NCBI GenBank assembly: GCA_041661605.1
Contig: JBAZUE010000001.1
Coordinates: 414,928 to 478,927, forward strand
Origin: Candidatus Omnitrophota bacterium
GTDB taxonomy: Bacteria > Omnitrophota > Gorgyraeia > Gygaellales > Profunditerraquicolaceae
Direction: 5' to 3'
Length of the DNA: 64,000 nt
The position numbers were made by a program, and so were the translations under genes. The first letter of the stretch is position 1, and the number at the start of each line of letters is the position of its first letter. The notes beneath the pieces were generated by a model that did no database searches, was not told the DNA's origin, and saw only the letters and a program-made list of their open reading frames with translations. Shown here piece by piece: positions 1 through 9,567 of this stretch.

Positions 1-1795
1 TAAGCATAGCCTGATTTGATAAAAGGATCTGTCTTGCTCCCGCCAGGGCGCTGTTTCCGATAAAGACAAATTTAGAGCGCTCGAGATCCGGCAATAATCC
101 GATCCTAATCGCCTTTTCTATATCCAGGTACGTGCCGAATCCTCCGGCAATAAATATTTTAGAGATTTCGGGAAACCCTAAACCAAGATGTTTAGCTAAA
201 ATAGCGGTAGCCGAGTATATCGCTGCCTTTGAACGTTTAAGATTTTCAATGTCCGCTTCATTTATTACGATGTCTAATGAGTTATCGGTTTCTTCTTCAA
301 AGCAGACAATAAACTCTTTGCCGGTATCTGTTTGCCGGATACGGCTGCCTTCGGCTTTAATTTTACCCCCCTTATCGATTATTCCTGTTTCTAACATTGA
401 GCTGAGTAAATCAATATAGCCTGAACCACAGATCCCCTTCGGTTTTTTATCTCCGATAGTAGAATATTTAACGCTAAAATCGGTTTTATTTATAGTTACC
501 TTTTGGATTGCCCCGCTGCTTGCGCGCATGCCGCTGGTTACCCCGCTTCCTTCAAAGGCCGGGCCGGCGGAAGCCGCACAAGCGACCAGAAAATCTTTAT
601 TGCCCAGGACAATCTCTCCGTTTGTGCCGATATCAATTAATATGCAAAGTTTGTCCTTTTGATATATACCGCTAGAGAGGACTCCGGCTGTAGTATCTCC
701 TCCAACATAGCTGGAAACTCCTGGCACGCATGAAAGCAGCCCTCTGGGGTTAATATTTATCCCCGCCTCTGCCGCGCGTAAAACAGGCAGAAAATTCGCC
801 GTAGGCACATATGGTTCTTTACGGATGTGCCCCGGGTCAACGCTTAGGAGCAAATGGACCATTGTGGTATTGCCTGAACAAACAATACAATTAACATCAT
901 TTAAATCAACATTATTCTCAAGGGTCAAGTCGCGGATTATCTGATTCATTGTATTACAAACAGCTTCGTGCAATTTTTCTAATCCGTCGCTCTGGCCGGC
1001 ATAGACAATGCGCGTGATTACATCATTTCCAAAAGTAGCCTGCTGGTTATAAGTCGCTTTTGTCCCCAGGATCTTTTTTGAATTTAAATCTACCAGCTGG
1101 CCGGAAATTGTAGTTGTGCCGATATCAAAACAAAGCCCAAAATTCCTGTCTGTGGTATCTCCTGATTCAACCAGGACAATCTCCACGGTATCGTTGCGTT
1201 TACCTAAGGTGACAGTGACCTTCCAGTCGGAATCACGTAGTAATTCACCCAATTGGCGGATATTAAATAAGCCGGTTTGTATTACGGGGAAATCCTCAAG
1301 GCTGCGCAGCGCGCGGTATAGCCTCTCTAAGTCACTTATGCTGTCATTAAGGGTCGGAGCAGACAATTCCAGATATAATTTTGTAGCAAAAGGAGAATGT
1401 TTGAAAAGGCCTTCTTTAAATTTTGTATTTACCGGCTGGATGTCCTCCGCCTTTGAATAAAGGCTGCCTAAGCGCTCTTCAAGCTCTGAAGGAGAAAGAT
1501 TATCAAGGTTAAGCCGCGACTCTTTAGGGATCTCCACCTCTAAATCACTATGAATATTTGTAAGGCAGCCAAGGTATATATTATTTTTTCTTTCTTCCGG
1601 AGTAATTATGCCGTTAGGCTGGGTGCTAACCTGGCCTTTTTTAAGGATTACCTTGCATCTCCCGCAAACCCCGTCGCCGCCGCAGACAGAATTAATATAT
1701 ACCCCCGCGGAGATGGCCGCGGAAAGTATAGTCTTATCTTTCTCGACAAGAATGGATTTATTATCCGGCATGAAAGTGACTTTGAATTTTTGCAT
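1..1795 (-). CDS. ASKHA-fold corrinoid reductive activase (RACo/AcsV-like) with an N-terminal 2Fe-2S ferredoxin domain. Partial: the 3' end runs off the left edge.
   Basis: The minus strand is open from the ATG at 1795 to the window edge. It is absent from the ORF track because no stop lies inside the window. Reverse-complement translation starts MQKFKVTFMPDNKSILVEKDKTILSAAISAGVYINSVCGGDGVCGRCKV (ferredoxin Cys cluster). Further on it reads ...FDIGTTTISGQLVDLN (the actin-fold DIGTT phosphate loop). The plus-strand ORFs listed here (132-419, 1116-1460, 1550-1813) are shadows. Confidence 0.8.
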   Translation of the reverse strand, partial: MQKFKVTFMPDNKSILVEKDKTILSAAISAGVYINSVCGGDGVCGRCKVILKKGQVSTQPNGIITPEERKNNIYLGCLTNIHSDLEVEIPKESRLNLDNLSPSELEERLGSLYSKAEDIQPVNTKFKEGLFKHSPFATKLYLELSAPTLNDSISDLERLYRALRSLEDFPVIQTGLFNIRQLGELLRDSDWKVTVTLGKRNDTVEIVLVESGDTTDRNFGLCFDIGTTTISGQLVDLNSKKILGTKATYNQQATFGNDVITRIVYAGQSDGLEKLHEAVCNTMNQIIRDLTLENNVDLNDVNCIVCSGNTTMVHLLLSVDPGHIRKEPYVPTANFLPVLRAAEAGININPRGLLSCVPGVSSYVGGDTTAGVLSSGIYQKDKLCILIDIGTNGEIVLGNKDFLVACAASAGPAFEGSGVTSGMRASSGAIQKVTINKTDFSVKYSTIGDKKPKGICGSGYIDLLSSMLETGIIDKGGKIKAEGSRIRQTDTGKEFIVCFEEETDNSLDIVINEADIENLKRSKAAIYSATAILAKHLGLGFPEISKIFIAGGFGTYLDIEKAIRIGLLPDLERSKFVFIGNSALAGARQILLSNQAML

Positions 1796-1804
1796 TGGTT
1801 AGAG

Positions 1805-3136
1805 TCAGTTTAAATTCTTTAAAAACGCGGGGATCCCTGCTGCTTCTTTGGGGCCTACGATTACCTTAAAACCTGATTTCTCTTCCAGGTCGCCGCTTAA
1901 GACGGCCACGTAACCCGGGATAATTAAATTTCTATGCTTTACCGCATCCTGAACTCCAAATTTATCCAATGATTTAGCGATGGATTCGGCATTGAATTTT
2001 TCCGCGGCCCAGGCGGTAAGCACAGACATTCCTTCGGTATCCACACTTAAAATATAGGAAGGTATCTTGCTGGCCTCTACTTCGCCTAAAACAGTAAAAT
2101 AGCTTAATGAGAAATTAGTGGTTATTAAGACCGGTGATTCTGCGGTTGCTTTTCCCACAGGATAGAGCTTAGGTTCAATTTGCAAAGGTTTTTGCGGGTC
2201 AGTATAAATATTTTGCCTTAAGGTCAAGATAGCCAAAACCTCCCAGGCTTCTACGCCTTTAATCAAAACAAGCCCGGCATATTTAGCTATATAGGCTCCA
2301 GCCTCCACAGCTTCTTCGTAAAGATCATTTTTATCCACGATAGCCATGCTTGGATATCCCAATGAACGGTTTGATTTCTTAAGGGCCTGGCGGCGCAGCT
2401 GAGTTAAATCCCAAATCTTATCACTGACCGGTTTTACGCCGGTATCTAAAATCAGGTCGCGGACTCCTAATGAATTAAGTTCTTTGGCCAGTTGCGCAAG
2501 GCCGGAAATATCCTGCGCAACTACAACTAATGGAAGCTGAAATTCTTTGGCTATTGGCGCTATTTGGCTGAAATTATCTTTTGTCGCGCAATAAAGCAGG
2601 GGTTTACGCTCCCTGGCTGCGGAAGCGGCTTGTTTTAAAGCAACCAGGTCAGCACTCATTAACATAATCGGCAGAAGAGTGTTATTTAAGACTAATTCGG
2701 TTACCTCAAGGAATCTTTTTGCATCCGTATTCTTATTTATTGCGATAAGATTTACCTCCAGCAGCTGGCCTATGCGCTCAAACTTCAGCTGGTTAATCTT
2801 TTCAAGCCGCGTCTTTATTTCAATGTCAGGCAGGTTGTCTTCAATAATAAAACCCAGGCCCGCAGGGTTGCGAAATTTCTCCTCATGCCTGAACATTACT
2901 GTTTCATTTCCAATTTCAAACTTTGAATCACCGCTGCCTAAAGTGATAAGTTTAATTGGAGGCAGAGCCTGCTCCTCTAAGGCGGCTTTGGCCTCCGGTG
3001 AAATAAAGGGGCATTTCTCAATAGTCAGTGTTTTCTTAGCTAATTGCATCGCAAAAGCAAGGCAGGTAGCCAGGCCGCACTTGCGGCAATTTGTCTTAGG
3101 AAGTAACTTATAAATATCCAAACCAGAAAGTGCCAT
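1805..3136 (-). CDS. acsC: Corrinoid iron-sulfur protein large subunit (AcsC/CdhE-like, CODH/ACS gamma subunit family)
   Basis: 443-aa ORF. The N-terminus KTNCRKCGLATCLAFAMQLAKKTLTIEKCPF gives the CxxCx4Cx16C 4Fe-4S motif of CFeSP large subunits. The length and the C-terminal SVLTAWAAEKF region fit the B12-binding domain. A RACo-like activase lies directly downstream. Confidence 0.75.
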   Translation of the reverse strand: MALSGLDIYKLLPKTNCRKCGLATCLAFAMQLAKKTLTIEKCPFISPEAKAALEEQALPPIKLITLGSGDSKFEIGNETVMFRHEEKFRNPAGLGFIIEDNLPDIEIKTRLEKINQLKFERIGQLLEVNLIAINKNTDAKRFLEVTELVLNNTLLPIMLMSADLVALKQAASAARERKPLLYCATKDNFSQIAPIAKEFQLPLVVVAQDISGLAQLAKELNSLGVRDLILDTGVKPVSDKIWDLTQLRRQALKKSNRSLGYPSMAIVDKNDLYEEAVEAGAYIAKYAGLVLIKGVEAWEVLAILTLRQNIYTDPQKPLQIEPKLYPVGKATAESPVLITTNFSLSYFTVLGEVEASKIPSYILSVDTEGMSVLTAWAAEKFNAESIAKSLDKFGVQDAVKHRNLIIPGYVAVLSGDLEEKSGFKVIVGPKEAAGIPAFLKNLN

Positions 3137-3138
3137 AA

Positions 3139-3809
3139 TTATCTCCCATTAATTAAGCTGGCGAAGTAACCTGCGCCAAATCCATTGTCAATATTGACTA
3201 CTGTAACTCCGGGTGAACATCCGTTTAGCATGGACAAAAGCGCAGCTAAGCCGGAAAAACTGGAACCATATCCACAGCTGGTCGGAACGGCAATAACAGG
3301 CGATTTAGTCAACCCGCTGACCAAGCTCGCTAAAGCTCCCTCCATACCCGCTACTACTATTATTACGTTAGCCTTTTCTAATTATCAACGTTACTCATTA
3401 AGCGGTGGACGCCTGCGACACCGACATCATAGAGTCTTTCAACACGGTTTCCCATTACTTGCAGGGTTTGCGCCGCTTCTTCAGCTATCGGAATATCGCT
3501 GGTGCCGGCGGAAATCACCAAAACATGCCCCTTTAAAGATTTCTTGGGGTTAGCCAAAAAATAACCGATTTTCGCCAGAGGGTTATATTTTAAAACAGGA
3601 ATTGACTTTTTTAAGAAAGAAAATGCCGCCTTGTCTAATTTAGTTAAGAGCAGATCCTCTTTTAACTTAACTATTTTTTTAGCTATTTTTTGCAGGTGCT
3701 CTTTGTTTTTTCCCGGACAGTAAATTACTTCCGCAAACCCCTTACGCTTCTTCCGGTCAGTGTCAAGTTTGGCAAAACCCAAGTCGCAGAAACCTTCTTT
3801 TAATGACAT
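3139..3809 (-). pseudogene. larB: larB (nickel-pincer cofactor biosynthesis, PurE/AIR-carboxylase-like) split into two ORFs by a 1-nt frame change at about 3381
   Basis: ORF 3378-3809 carries VLVISAGTSDIPIAEEAAQTLQVMGNRVERLYDVGVAGVHRL and stops at the TAG at 3378-3380. In the -1 frame, open from 3381, the sequence continues [71 protein letters not shown] (ORF 3139-3345). Together the two pieces form one contiguous LarB-type sequence. Confidence 0.75.
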
Positions 3810-3813
3810 TTAT

Positions 3814-4125
3814 CTATAAGCCCCGGTAAATAAGAAAACCAAGGAGGGCGATTAAAAATATGGCAAGTATATAGAAATCATTAAAATAAAAGAAATCATG
3901 CAGCATATCCGGCAGGATCTTTTCTTCTTTCGTCTGGCTTCCTGAATGCGCTTGATGATGATCTTTTTTGTACAGCTCTACCTGATCTTTCTTAAATCTT
4001 AAATATAACCCGCCTATTTTATAGGCAGGGATTATTCCTTTCTCTGCCAGGTCCAAAACGTCTTTTTCAAATACCCCCAGGATAACCGAGACATCCCTGA
4101 CTGTGAGCAATTTTTCTTCAGCCAT
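3814..4125 (-). CDS. Small excisionase/MerR-type HTH (HTH_17-like) protein with a C-terminal transmembrane tail anchor
   Basis: LLTVRDVSVILGVFEKDVLDLAEKGIIPAYKIGGLYLRFKKDQVELY matches the excisionase-family HTH pattern. The extreme C-terminus FYILAIFLIALLGFLIYRGL is a hydrophobic helix. ATG start. Confidence 0.6.
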   Translation of the reverse strand: MAEEKLLTVRDVSVILGVFEKDVLDLAEKGIIPAYKIGGLYLRFKKDQVELYKKDHHQAHSGSQTKEEKILPDMLHDFFYFNDFYILAIFLIALLGFLIYRGL

Positions 4126-4132
4126 TTTTAGT

Positions 4133-4636
4133 TTATTTTCCTATTTTACCCGCGGCAACCCAGCTATCAATCGCTTTACGCTCAAACTTCCAGTCATTGC
4201 CCTCTTTGTTACCCGGCATCTTTCCTGAATTAGCCCATTCCATTATTGAATTTAATTCCACTTCCAGGTATTTTGCCAGCTGCTCAGAATTAAGAAAATC
4301 ATGCAGCATCGAACACTGTCCTTCCAGGATCGCGCCCTCAGCGACATTAAGTTTGGCTGGATAAATATGCCCCTCAACAATGGCTTGTGGAAGAAGTGTC
4401 AGCCTTTCTTTGGCGGTAATCTTTCCTTTGACATGTCCCCCGATAATTATATTATCGCCGATAATATCCGCGTTAATCAAAGCTGTAGAACCTATGGTAA
4501 GATTGCCCCGGGTGTCAAGGTTGCCTTCAAATTTACCGTTAATACGCAGATTAACCGGGTCTTTAAAAGATAAGCTTCCCTGCATTGCGGCATCAACATC
4601 CAAAGTCTTTTCTTCCAGCTTCTTTTTAAATGCCAT
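4133..4636 (-). CDS. Bactofilin (polymer-forming cytoskeletal protein) fused to a C-terminal excisionase-type HTH domain
   Basis: The beta-helical bactofilin repeat pattern is present (NLRINGKFEGNLDTRGNLTIGSTALINADIIGDNIIIGGHVKGKITAKERLTLLPQAIVEGHIYPAKLNVAEGAILEGQCSM). It is followed by LNSEQLAKYLEVELNSIMEWANSGKMPGNKEGNDWKFERKAIDSWV (HTH_17-like). The start was moved from the GTG at 4642 to the ATG at 4636 because the SD AAGGAGG sits 6 nt upstream of that ATG. Confidence 0.75.
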   Translation of the reverse strand: MAFKKKLEEKTLDVDAAMQGSLSFKDPVNLRINGKFEGNLDTRGNLTIGSTALINADIIGDNIIIGGHVKGKITAKERLTLLPQAIVEGHIYPAKLNVAEGAILEGQCSMLHDFLNSEQLAKYLEVELNSIMEWANSGKMPGNKEGNDWKFERKAIDSWVAAGKIGK

Positions 4637-5093
4637 GCGCACCCTCCTTGTTTTTAAACATAGGATTTTTCAAAAGGCGGCCCTCTATATAACGTAACAA
4701 ATATAAAACAATCAAAACTAATATTGTGGCATAAATTGCCATCTTGTTAAATCCGCATCCCACTGCCAGGCCGATCCCTGAAACCACCCATAAGCTGGCG
4801 GCAGTAGTCAGGCCCCTTATGCCTTCCGGTTCGCGGATAATTGTTCCGGCGCCCAAAAACCCGATTCCCGTAATTACCCCTGCGGCAATACGGGCCGGGT
4901 CAAGCGCAACCTTATCTTTATATATATCAAAAACATATAAAGATGTCAACATGATAAGACAAGAACCTAAAGCTACTAAAATATGAGTGCGCAGGCCGGC
5001 CTCTCTGCGATGCACCTGCCTTTCAAGGCCGATTAACCCGCTTAAGGCCAAAGTTAATAATAAACGTGTAATCATTTGAAGATCAGTAGGCAT
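4626..5093 (-). CDS. MgtC/SapB family membrane protein
   Basis: LTLALSGLIGLERQVHRREAGLRTHILVALGSCLIM is the typical MgtC N-terminal signature. The protein is about 155 aa with multiple TM helices. Confidence 0.85.
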   Translation of the reverse strand: MPTDLQMITRLLLTLALSGLIGLERQVHRREAGLRTHILVALGSCLIMLTSLYVFDIYKDKVALDPARIAAGVITGIGFLGAGTIIREPEGIRGLTTAASLWVVSGIGLAVGCGFNKMAIYATILVLIVLYLLRYIEGRLLKNPMFKNKEGAHGI

Positions 5094-5105
5094 TTGGCCC
5101 TCCCT

Positions 5106-6095
5106 CTAATTATTAAGCTGAGTATTTAAATACAGGTTATCTCTTGCGCCTTGCTTATAAAGAAAATAAGCGATCCCGCCAATCATAGCGGCATTATCCA
5201 TACATAAGCCAAGGCTGGGGAAAAAACATTCAATACCCGAATCCCCGGCAGCCGAAAGTAATTCCCGGCGTAAGCTGCTATTCGCAGCCACGCCTCCACC
5301 AACTAAAAGCTGTTTCGCATTTTTAAGTTTACAGGACAGTAAAGATTTCTTTACCAGCACATTTATTACGCTTTCCTGGAAAGAAGCAGCCAGGTCGGAA
5401 ACCAAGCTGCGGTCATGCGGCTTATTATCTTTTAAATAATATAAAACAGCCGTTTTTATTCCGCTAAAACTAAAATCCAGCTGACCCCTGGTGCCCGAAC
5501 AGGAGAATTTAATTTTATGTTTATTGCCATTTTTGGCTAATTTTTCAATTAAGGGGCCGCCGGGATAACCCAGCCCCATGATTTTAGCTACTTTATCAAA
5601 AGCCTCGCCGCAGGCATCATCCTGGGTACGCCCCAAAACTTCTATATTAGAAAAATCCTTAACATAAAAAAGGCTTGTGTGGCCGCCAGAGGCCACTAAG
5701 GCTACACAGGGGAGTTTTATATTTCGATGGCAAAGGATATTGGCATAAATATGGCTGTGGACGTGATTAACGCCCAGGATAGGTTTTCCCAGACTCAATG
5801 CTAATGCCTTGGCAAAAGATACCCCTACTAAAAGCGAACCCGGCAGTCCAGGTCCCTTAGTAACCGCAATCAGATCTATGTCTTCCGCTTTGATCCCGGC
5901 CTGTTTAATTGCCGCGCGGTAAACTCCGGATATACTTTCCAATTGCAAGCGTGAAGCAATTTCAGGGATTACCCCGCCGTATTTACTATGAATTTTCAAA
6001 CTTGAGACAACGACATTAGCCAAAATTGCCTTTCCGTCTTTAACTAAGCCGATTCCCGTCTCATCACAAGATGTCTCCACTCCCAGAACGATCAT
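5106..6095 (-). CDS. tsaD: tRNA N6-adenosine threonylcarbamoyltransferase TsaD
   Basis: MIVLGVETSCDETGIGLV at the N-terminus and the HVHSH metal site. 329 aa. ATGA start/stop overlap with the upstream gene. Confidence 0.95.
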   Translation of the reverse strand: MIVLGVETSCDETGIGLVKDGKAILANVVVSSLKIHSKYGGVIPEIASRLQLESISGVYRAAIKQAGIKAEDIDLIAVTKGPGLPGSLLVGVSFAKALALSLGKPILGVNHVHSHIYANILCHRNIKLPCVALVASGGHTSLFYVKDFSNIEVLGRTQDDACGEAFDKVAKIMGLGYPGGPLIEKLAKNGNKHKIKFSCSGTRGQLDFSFSGIKTAVLYYLKDNKPHDRSLVSDLAASFQESVINVLVKKSLLSCKLKNAKQLLVGGGVAANSSLRRELLSAAGDSGIECFFPSLGLCMDNAAMIGGIAYFLYKQGARDNLYLNTQLNN

Positions 6096-6859
6096 TTGGC
6101 TATCTCCGACACAAAAACAAGTTTATACCCTGATTTTACCAATTGCGGTATAGCTTCACTCAAAACAATAAGCGTATTCCTGCGGTCATGGCCTATGCCT
6201 ACGGCCAGGCCATTTTTTTTAGCCAAATCCCTTAATTTAATTATCTGATCTTTTATATAAGCCGGGTCATCCAGGTTGTCCAGGAATATGTCTCTTTTAG
6301 CAAACCTCATCTTAATTCTTTTAGCTAACAATGAGCAGACGGATTTAGCTGTTACAAAACTGTCCAGAAAATATAATTTACGTTTTTTAGCTTCAGACAA
6401 AATTAAAGCACTTACCCTGCTGTCTTCGGTAATACGCGAGCCCATATGGTTGGATATGCCTCTTGCGAATAAAATTGAGTTTAAGTCCCGGTCAAGAATA
6501 CCATGGATCTGTCCGGCGTTCATATCTGTTGTAATAGTGTTTTTTTCCAAGCGGTATTTTTCTTTAGGCTCCATCGGTAAATGCAGTATTATTTCAAATC
6601 CAAGATTATGCAAATTTTGCGCAACCCGCCTGGAATTATTCAGGTTTGGCAGGATTGCGCAAGTCAAAGGCTGTCTTATCCGCGCGGCGATTTCAAGATT
6701 ATTCAAATGATACCCCCAATCATCTATTACGATAGCGATCTTTCCTTTCACAGGGGCTTGCTTAGGAGGAAGTTTTTTATATACCGAAGTCAAGATAAGC
6801 GCAATAAATATAAGCAGCGATAAAATTAAAGCTATGGCGATTGTCAGCTTTTTTTTCAT
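6092..6859 (-). CDS. Divergent polysaccharide deacetylase family protein (YibQ-like)
   Basis: N-terminal TM/signal anchor, then IAIVIDDWGY...ILPNLNNS...HLPMEP motifs characteristic of the family. Confidence 0.8.
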   Translation of the reverse strand: MKKKLTIAIALILSLLIFIALILTSVYKKLPPKQAPVKGKIAIVIDDWGYHLNNLEIAARIRQPLTCAILPNLNNSRRVAQNLHNLGFEIILHLPMEPKEKYRLEKNTITTDMNAGQIHGILDRDLNSILFARGISNHMGSRITEDSRVSALILSEAKKRKLYFLDSFVTAKSVCSLLAKRIKMRFAKRDIFLDNLDDPAYIKDQIIKLRDLAKKNGLAVGIGHDRRNTLIVLSEAIPQLVKSGYKLVFVSEIAK

Positions 6860-6863
6860 AAAG

Positions 6864-8141
6864 TTAGATTTTTTCAGTTTTCTTATAAAGCTCTATGGCT
6901 TCTAAAGTATTGATTGCGCGCATTATTTGCAGATCGTTTTTATAGTCAAAGGCATCTTCCGGGGCCTTGTTCTTTTTGGCTCCAGGTTCGATCTCTTTAA
7001 ATATCTCATCGCTCTTGCTGGTTTCCTTCTCTAGCTTATTATCGCCGCTTTCTTTAGCCTCTACTAAAATATCAGGGGTAATCCCCTTGCCATGAATAAT
7101 TTTGCCTGAAGGAGTAAAATAATGGCTGGTAGTCAGCCGTAATGCCGAGCCGTCCCCCAGGGGGATAACTGTTTGAACGGAACCTTTGCCAAAAGATTTA
7201 TTCCCGATAATGATCGCGCGTTTATAATCCTGCAGGACACCGGCAACGATTTCGCTTCCCGAAGCGGAACCTTCATTAATCAAAATTACCATCGGCAAAT
7301 CCACTATCGCATTCCTGTCGCTAGAAAAGAATTCAAAATTCTGTCCTTGCTTTCTACCCTTAGTATAAGCGATCATTTTGTCGGCGGGGATAAACCTTCC
7401 GGCAACCTTTACGGCAACATCTAATAATCCTCCAGGGTTATTGCGCAGGTCTATAATCAATGCCTTCATATTTTGTTTGGACAAACTGCTCAAGGCATTA
7501 TTTAATTCCCTTAAGGTGTTTTCGCGGAATTCAGCTAAACGTATATAACCAATGCTATCCTCCAATATCCGCGCCTGTTTAACATCTTTAATTTTTATGA
7601 TGTCCCTGATGATTTTAAAATCCATAAGCTTCTTTTCGGAATCCCTTAATATGGTCAGGTTGACAACCTCACCCGGCTTCCCGCGCATCCTCTTAACAGC
7701 GTCAATAAGGGTCATTTCGCGGGTCAACTCAGCGTTAATTTTTACGATATGGTCATTTGCTTTTATACCGGCTTTCCAGGCAGGGGTATCTTCAATAGGG
7801 GTAATCACAGTCAACAACCCGTCTTTTATGGTGATCTCTATACCCAGCCCGCCAAACTTACCTTCTGTGTCTACTTTTAGTTCATTATAAGTTTCCGGAT
7901 CCATAAATTGGCTGTGCGGATCAAGGGAAGCAAGCATTCCTTTTAATGCCCCATAGATTAAATCTTTGGGCTTTGTCTCTTCAGCATATTCGTTGTTGAT
8001 AATGGCCAGGGTGTCGGAAAACAGTTCTACCTGCCGGTATAGATCATCCTGGTTCTTCTTTTTATTGGAGGAGTAAGCCCCTGTTAGGCCGGCAAACAAA
8101 AGCACAACTAATAAAATACCGAACAGTATCTTCTTACGCAT
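6864..8141 (-). CDS. S41 family carboxy-terminal processing peptidase
   Basis: Signal peptide, a PDZ-like middle region (GGLGIEITIKDGLLTVITPIEDTPAWKAGIKANDHIVKIN) and the S41 catalytic region (LINEGSASGSEIVAGVLQDY...GKGSVQT). Confidence 0.9.
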   Translation of the reverse strand: MRKKILFGILLVVLLFAGLTGAYSSNKKKNQDDLYRQVELFSDTLAIINNEYAEETKPKDLIYGALKGMLASLDPHSQFMDPETYNELKVDTEGKFGGLGIEITIKDGLLTVITPIEDTPAWKAGIKANDHIVKINAELTREMTLIDAVKRMRGKPGEVVNLTILRDSEKKLMDFKIIRDIIKIKDVKQARILEDSIGYIRLAEFRENTLRELNNALSSLSKQNMKALIIDLRNNPGGLLDVAVKVAGRFIPADKMIAYTKGRKQGQNFEFFSSDRNAIVDLPMVILINEGSASGSEIVAGVLQDYKRAIIIGNKSFGKGSVQTVIPLGDGSALRLTTSHYFTPSGKIIHGKGITPDILVEAKESGDNKLEKETSKSDEIFKEIEPGAKKNKAPEDAFDYKNDLQIMRAINTLEAIELYKKTEKI

Positions 8142-9567
8142 CAGTCAACCTCCGCATAATTAATTCCCCGACCATTTTTGGATTAGCTTTACCGGCGCTT
8201 TTTTTCATAACCTGGCCCACTAAAAACATAAGCGCGTTTGTTTTTCCCGACTTGAAACTATTTACGGATTTTTCATTCTCCCGGATAACCCCGGAAATAA
8301 TCTCCTCCAGCTCGGCAGTGTCAGATATCTGCAACATGTTATTTTCCCGGATTATAACCGCTGCCGGTTTTTGAGAGTCGATCATCTGCGCCAAAACAAG
8401 CTTGGCTGAAAGATGTGAAATTGATTGATTTTCCACAAAATTAATCAAGCTGATCAGCTCATCTTTATTAACATTCAGCTCATGCAGGTCAATTTTCCGG
8501 CAGTTAGCCTCGGAGGCCAACGGGCCGATCAACCAGTTAGCCATATTTTTTTTATCTGTCCCGGGATACTTCCGGATGCATTCTTCCGCGAATTGAGCAT
8601 TTTTCTTAGAGCTGACCAGGATTTTGGCATCATATTCAGATAGTCCGTAATCCTGCATAAACCGCCGCATTTTATCCTGAGGCAGCTCCGGTAATTGCGA
8701 TTTAATAAGAGAAACCATGGCCTGCTCAATGATAAAAACCGTCAAATCAGGGTCGGGAAAATACCTGTAATCCTTAGCCCCCTCTTTATTGCGCATGGAA
8801 ACAGTTACTCCTTTATCTGTATCCCATAACCGGGTTTCCTGAGACATGGTTTGTCCGGATTCAAGCAATCCAGTCTGGCGGCTTACTTCAAAAGTCAAAG
8901 CGTCTTTGACTCCTTTAAAAGAGTTCATGTTTTTCAACTCCGCTTTAACACCTAATTCTTTTGCTCCTTCAGGCCGTAAGGAAATATTGGCATCGCAGCG
9001 TAAAGACCCTTTTTCCATATCGCAGTCTGAGACATCCAAATATTCAATAATATTTTTTAAATTGGTTAAATAATCAAATGCCTCTTGAGGGCTGTTTAAA
9101 TCCGGCTCACTTACAATTTCAAGCAATGGGACTCCCGCGCGGTTAAAATCCACCAGGCTTGAGTTTGATTCATGGATAAGCTTACCGGCATCCTCTTCCA
9201 AATGCACACGGGTAATACCGATACGCTTTATTTTATCTCCGCTGAGTATATCCAGATAGCCGTTGCGTGATAAAGGTAAATCAAATTGCGAAATCTGGTA
9301 ATTTTTCGGCAAATCCGGATAGAAATAGTTCTTCCGGTCAAATTTGGTATGCTCTTGTATTTGACATGAAAAGGCCAAGGCTAACTTAATCGCAAAACCC
9401 AGAGCTTGTTTGTTGTAGACCGGCAGGGTTCCGGGAAATCCCAGGCATACCGGACAAACTCCGGAATTGGGAGTCTGGCCAAAATCAATTGCGCAACCGC
9501 AAAATGCCTTGGTTTTAGTTTTTAACTGCAGGTGAACTTCCAAGCCGATAACTGTCTGATATTTCAT
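8134..9567 (-). CDS. gatB: Asp-tRNA(Asn)/Glu-tRNA(Gln) amidotransferase subunit B
   Basis: [25 protein letters not shown]... 477 aa, in gatC-gatA-gatB order. Confidence 0.95.
   Translation of the reverse strand: MKYQTVIGLEVHLQLKTKTKAFCGCAIDFGQTPNSGVCPVCLGFPGTLPVYNKQALGFAIKLALAFSCQIQEHTKFDRKNYFYPDLPKNYQISQFDLPLSRNGYLDILSGDKIKRIGITRVHLEEDAGKLIHESNSSLVDFNRAGVPLLEIVSEPDLNSPQEAFDYLTNLKNIIEYLDVSDCDMEKGSLRCDANISLRPEGAKELGVKAELKNMNSFKGVKDALTFEVSRQTGLLESGQTMSQETRLWDTDKGVTVSMRNKEGAKDYRYFPDPDLTVFIIEQAMVSLIKSQLPELPQDKMRRFMQDYGLSEYDAKILVSSKKNAQFAEECIRKYPGTDKKNMANWLIGPLASEANCRKIDLHELNVNKDELISLINFVENQSISHLSAKLVLAQMIDSQKPAAVIIRENNMLQISDTAELEEIISGVIRENEKSVNSFKSGKTNALMFLVGQVMKKSAGKANPKMVGELIMRRLTDA

Noticed and set aside
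2679-3113. 144-aa plus-strand ORF inside the acsC-like gene, and similar antisense ORFs across the window (e.g. 6276-6710, 7552-7890, 9532-9903, 22305-22718, 32801-33247, 36839-37237, 52494-52940)
   Set aside because: All are antisense to well-supported genes with recognisable motifs. None has an SD or a recognisable domain.
3378-3384. Programmed -1 ribosomal frameshifting in larB
   Set aside because: The switch site GAUAAUUAG is not an X-XXY-YYZ slippery heptamer, and I see no downstream pseudoknot or stem. An indel (biological or assembly) is the simpler explanation.
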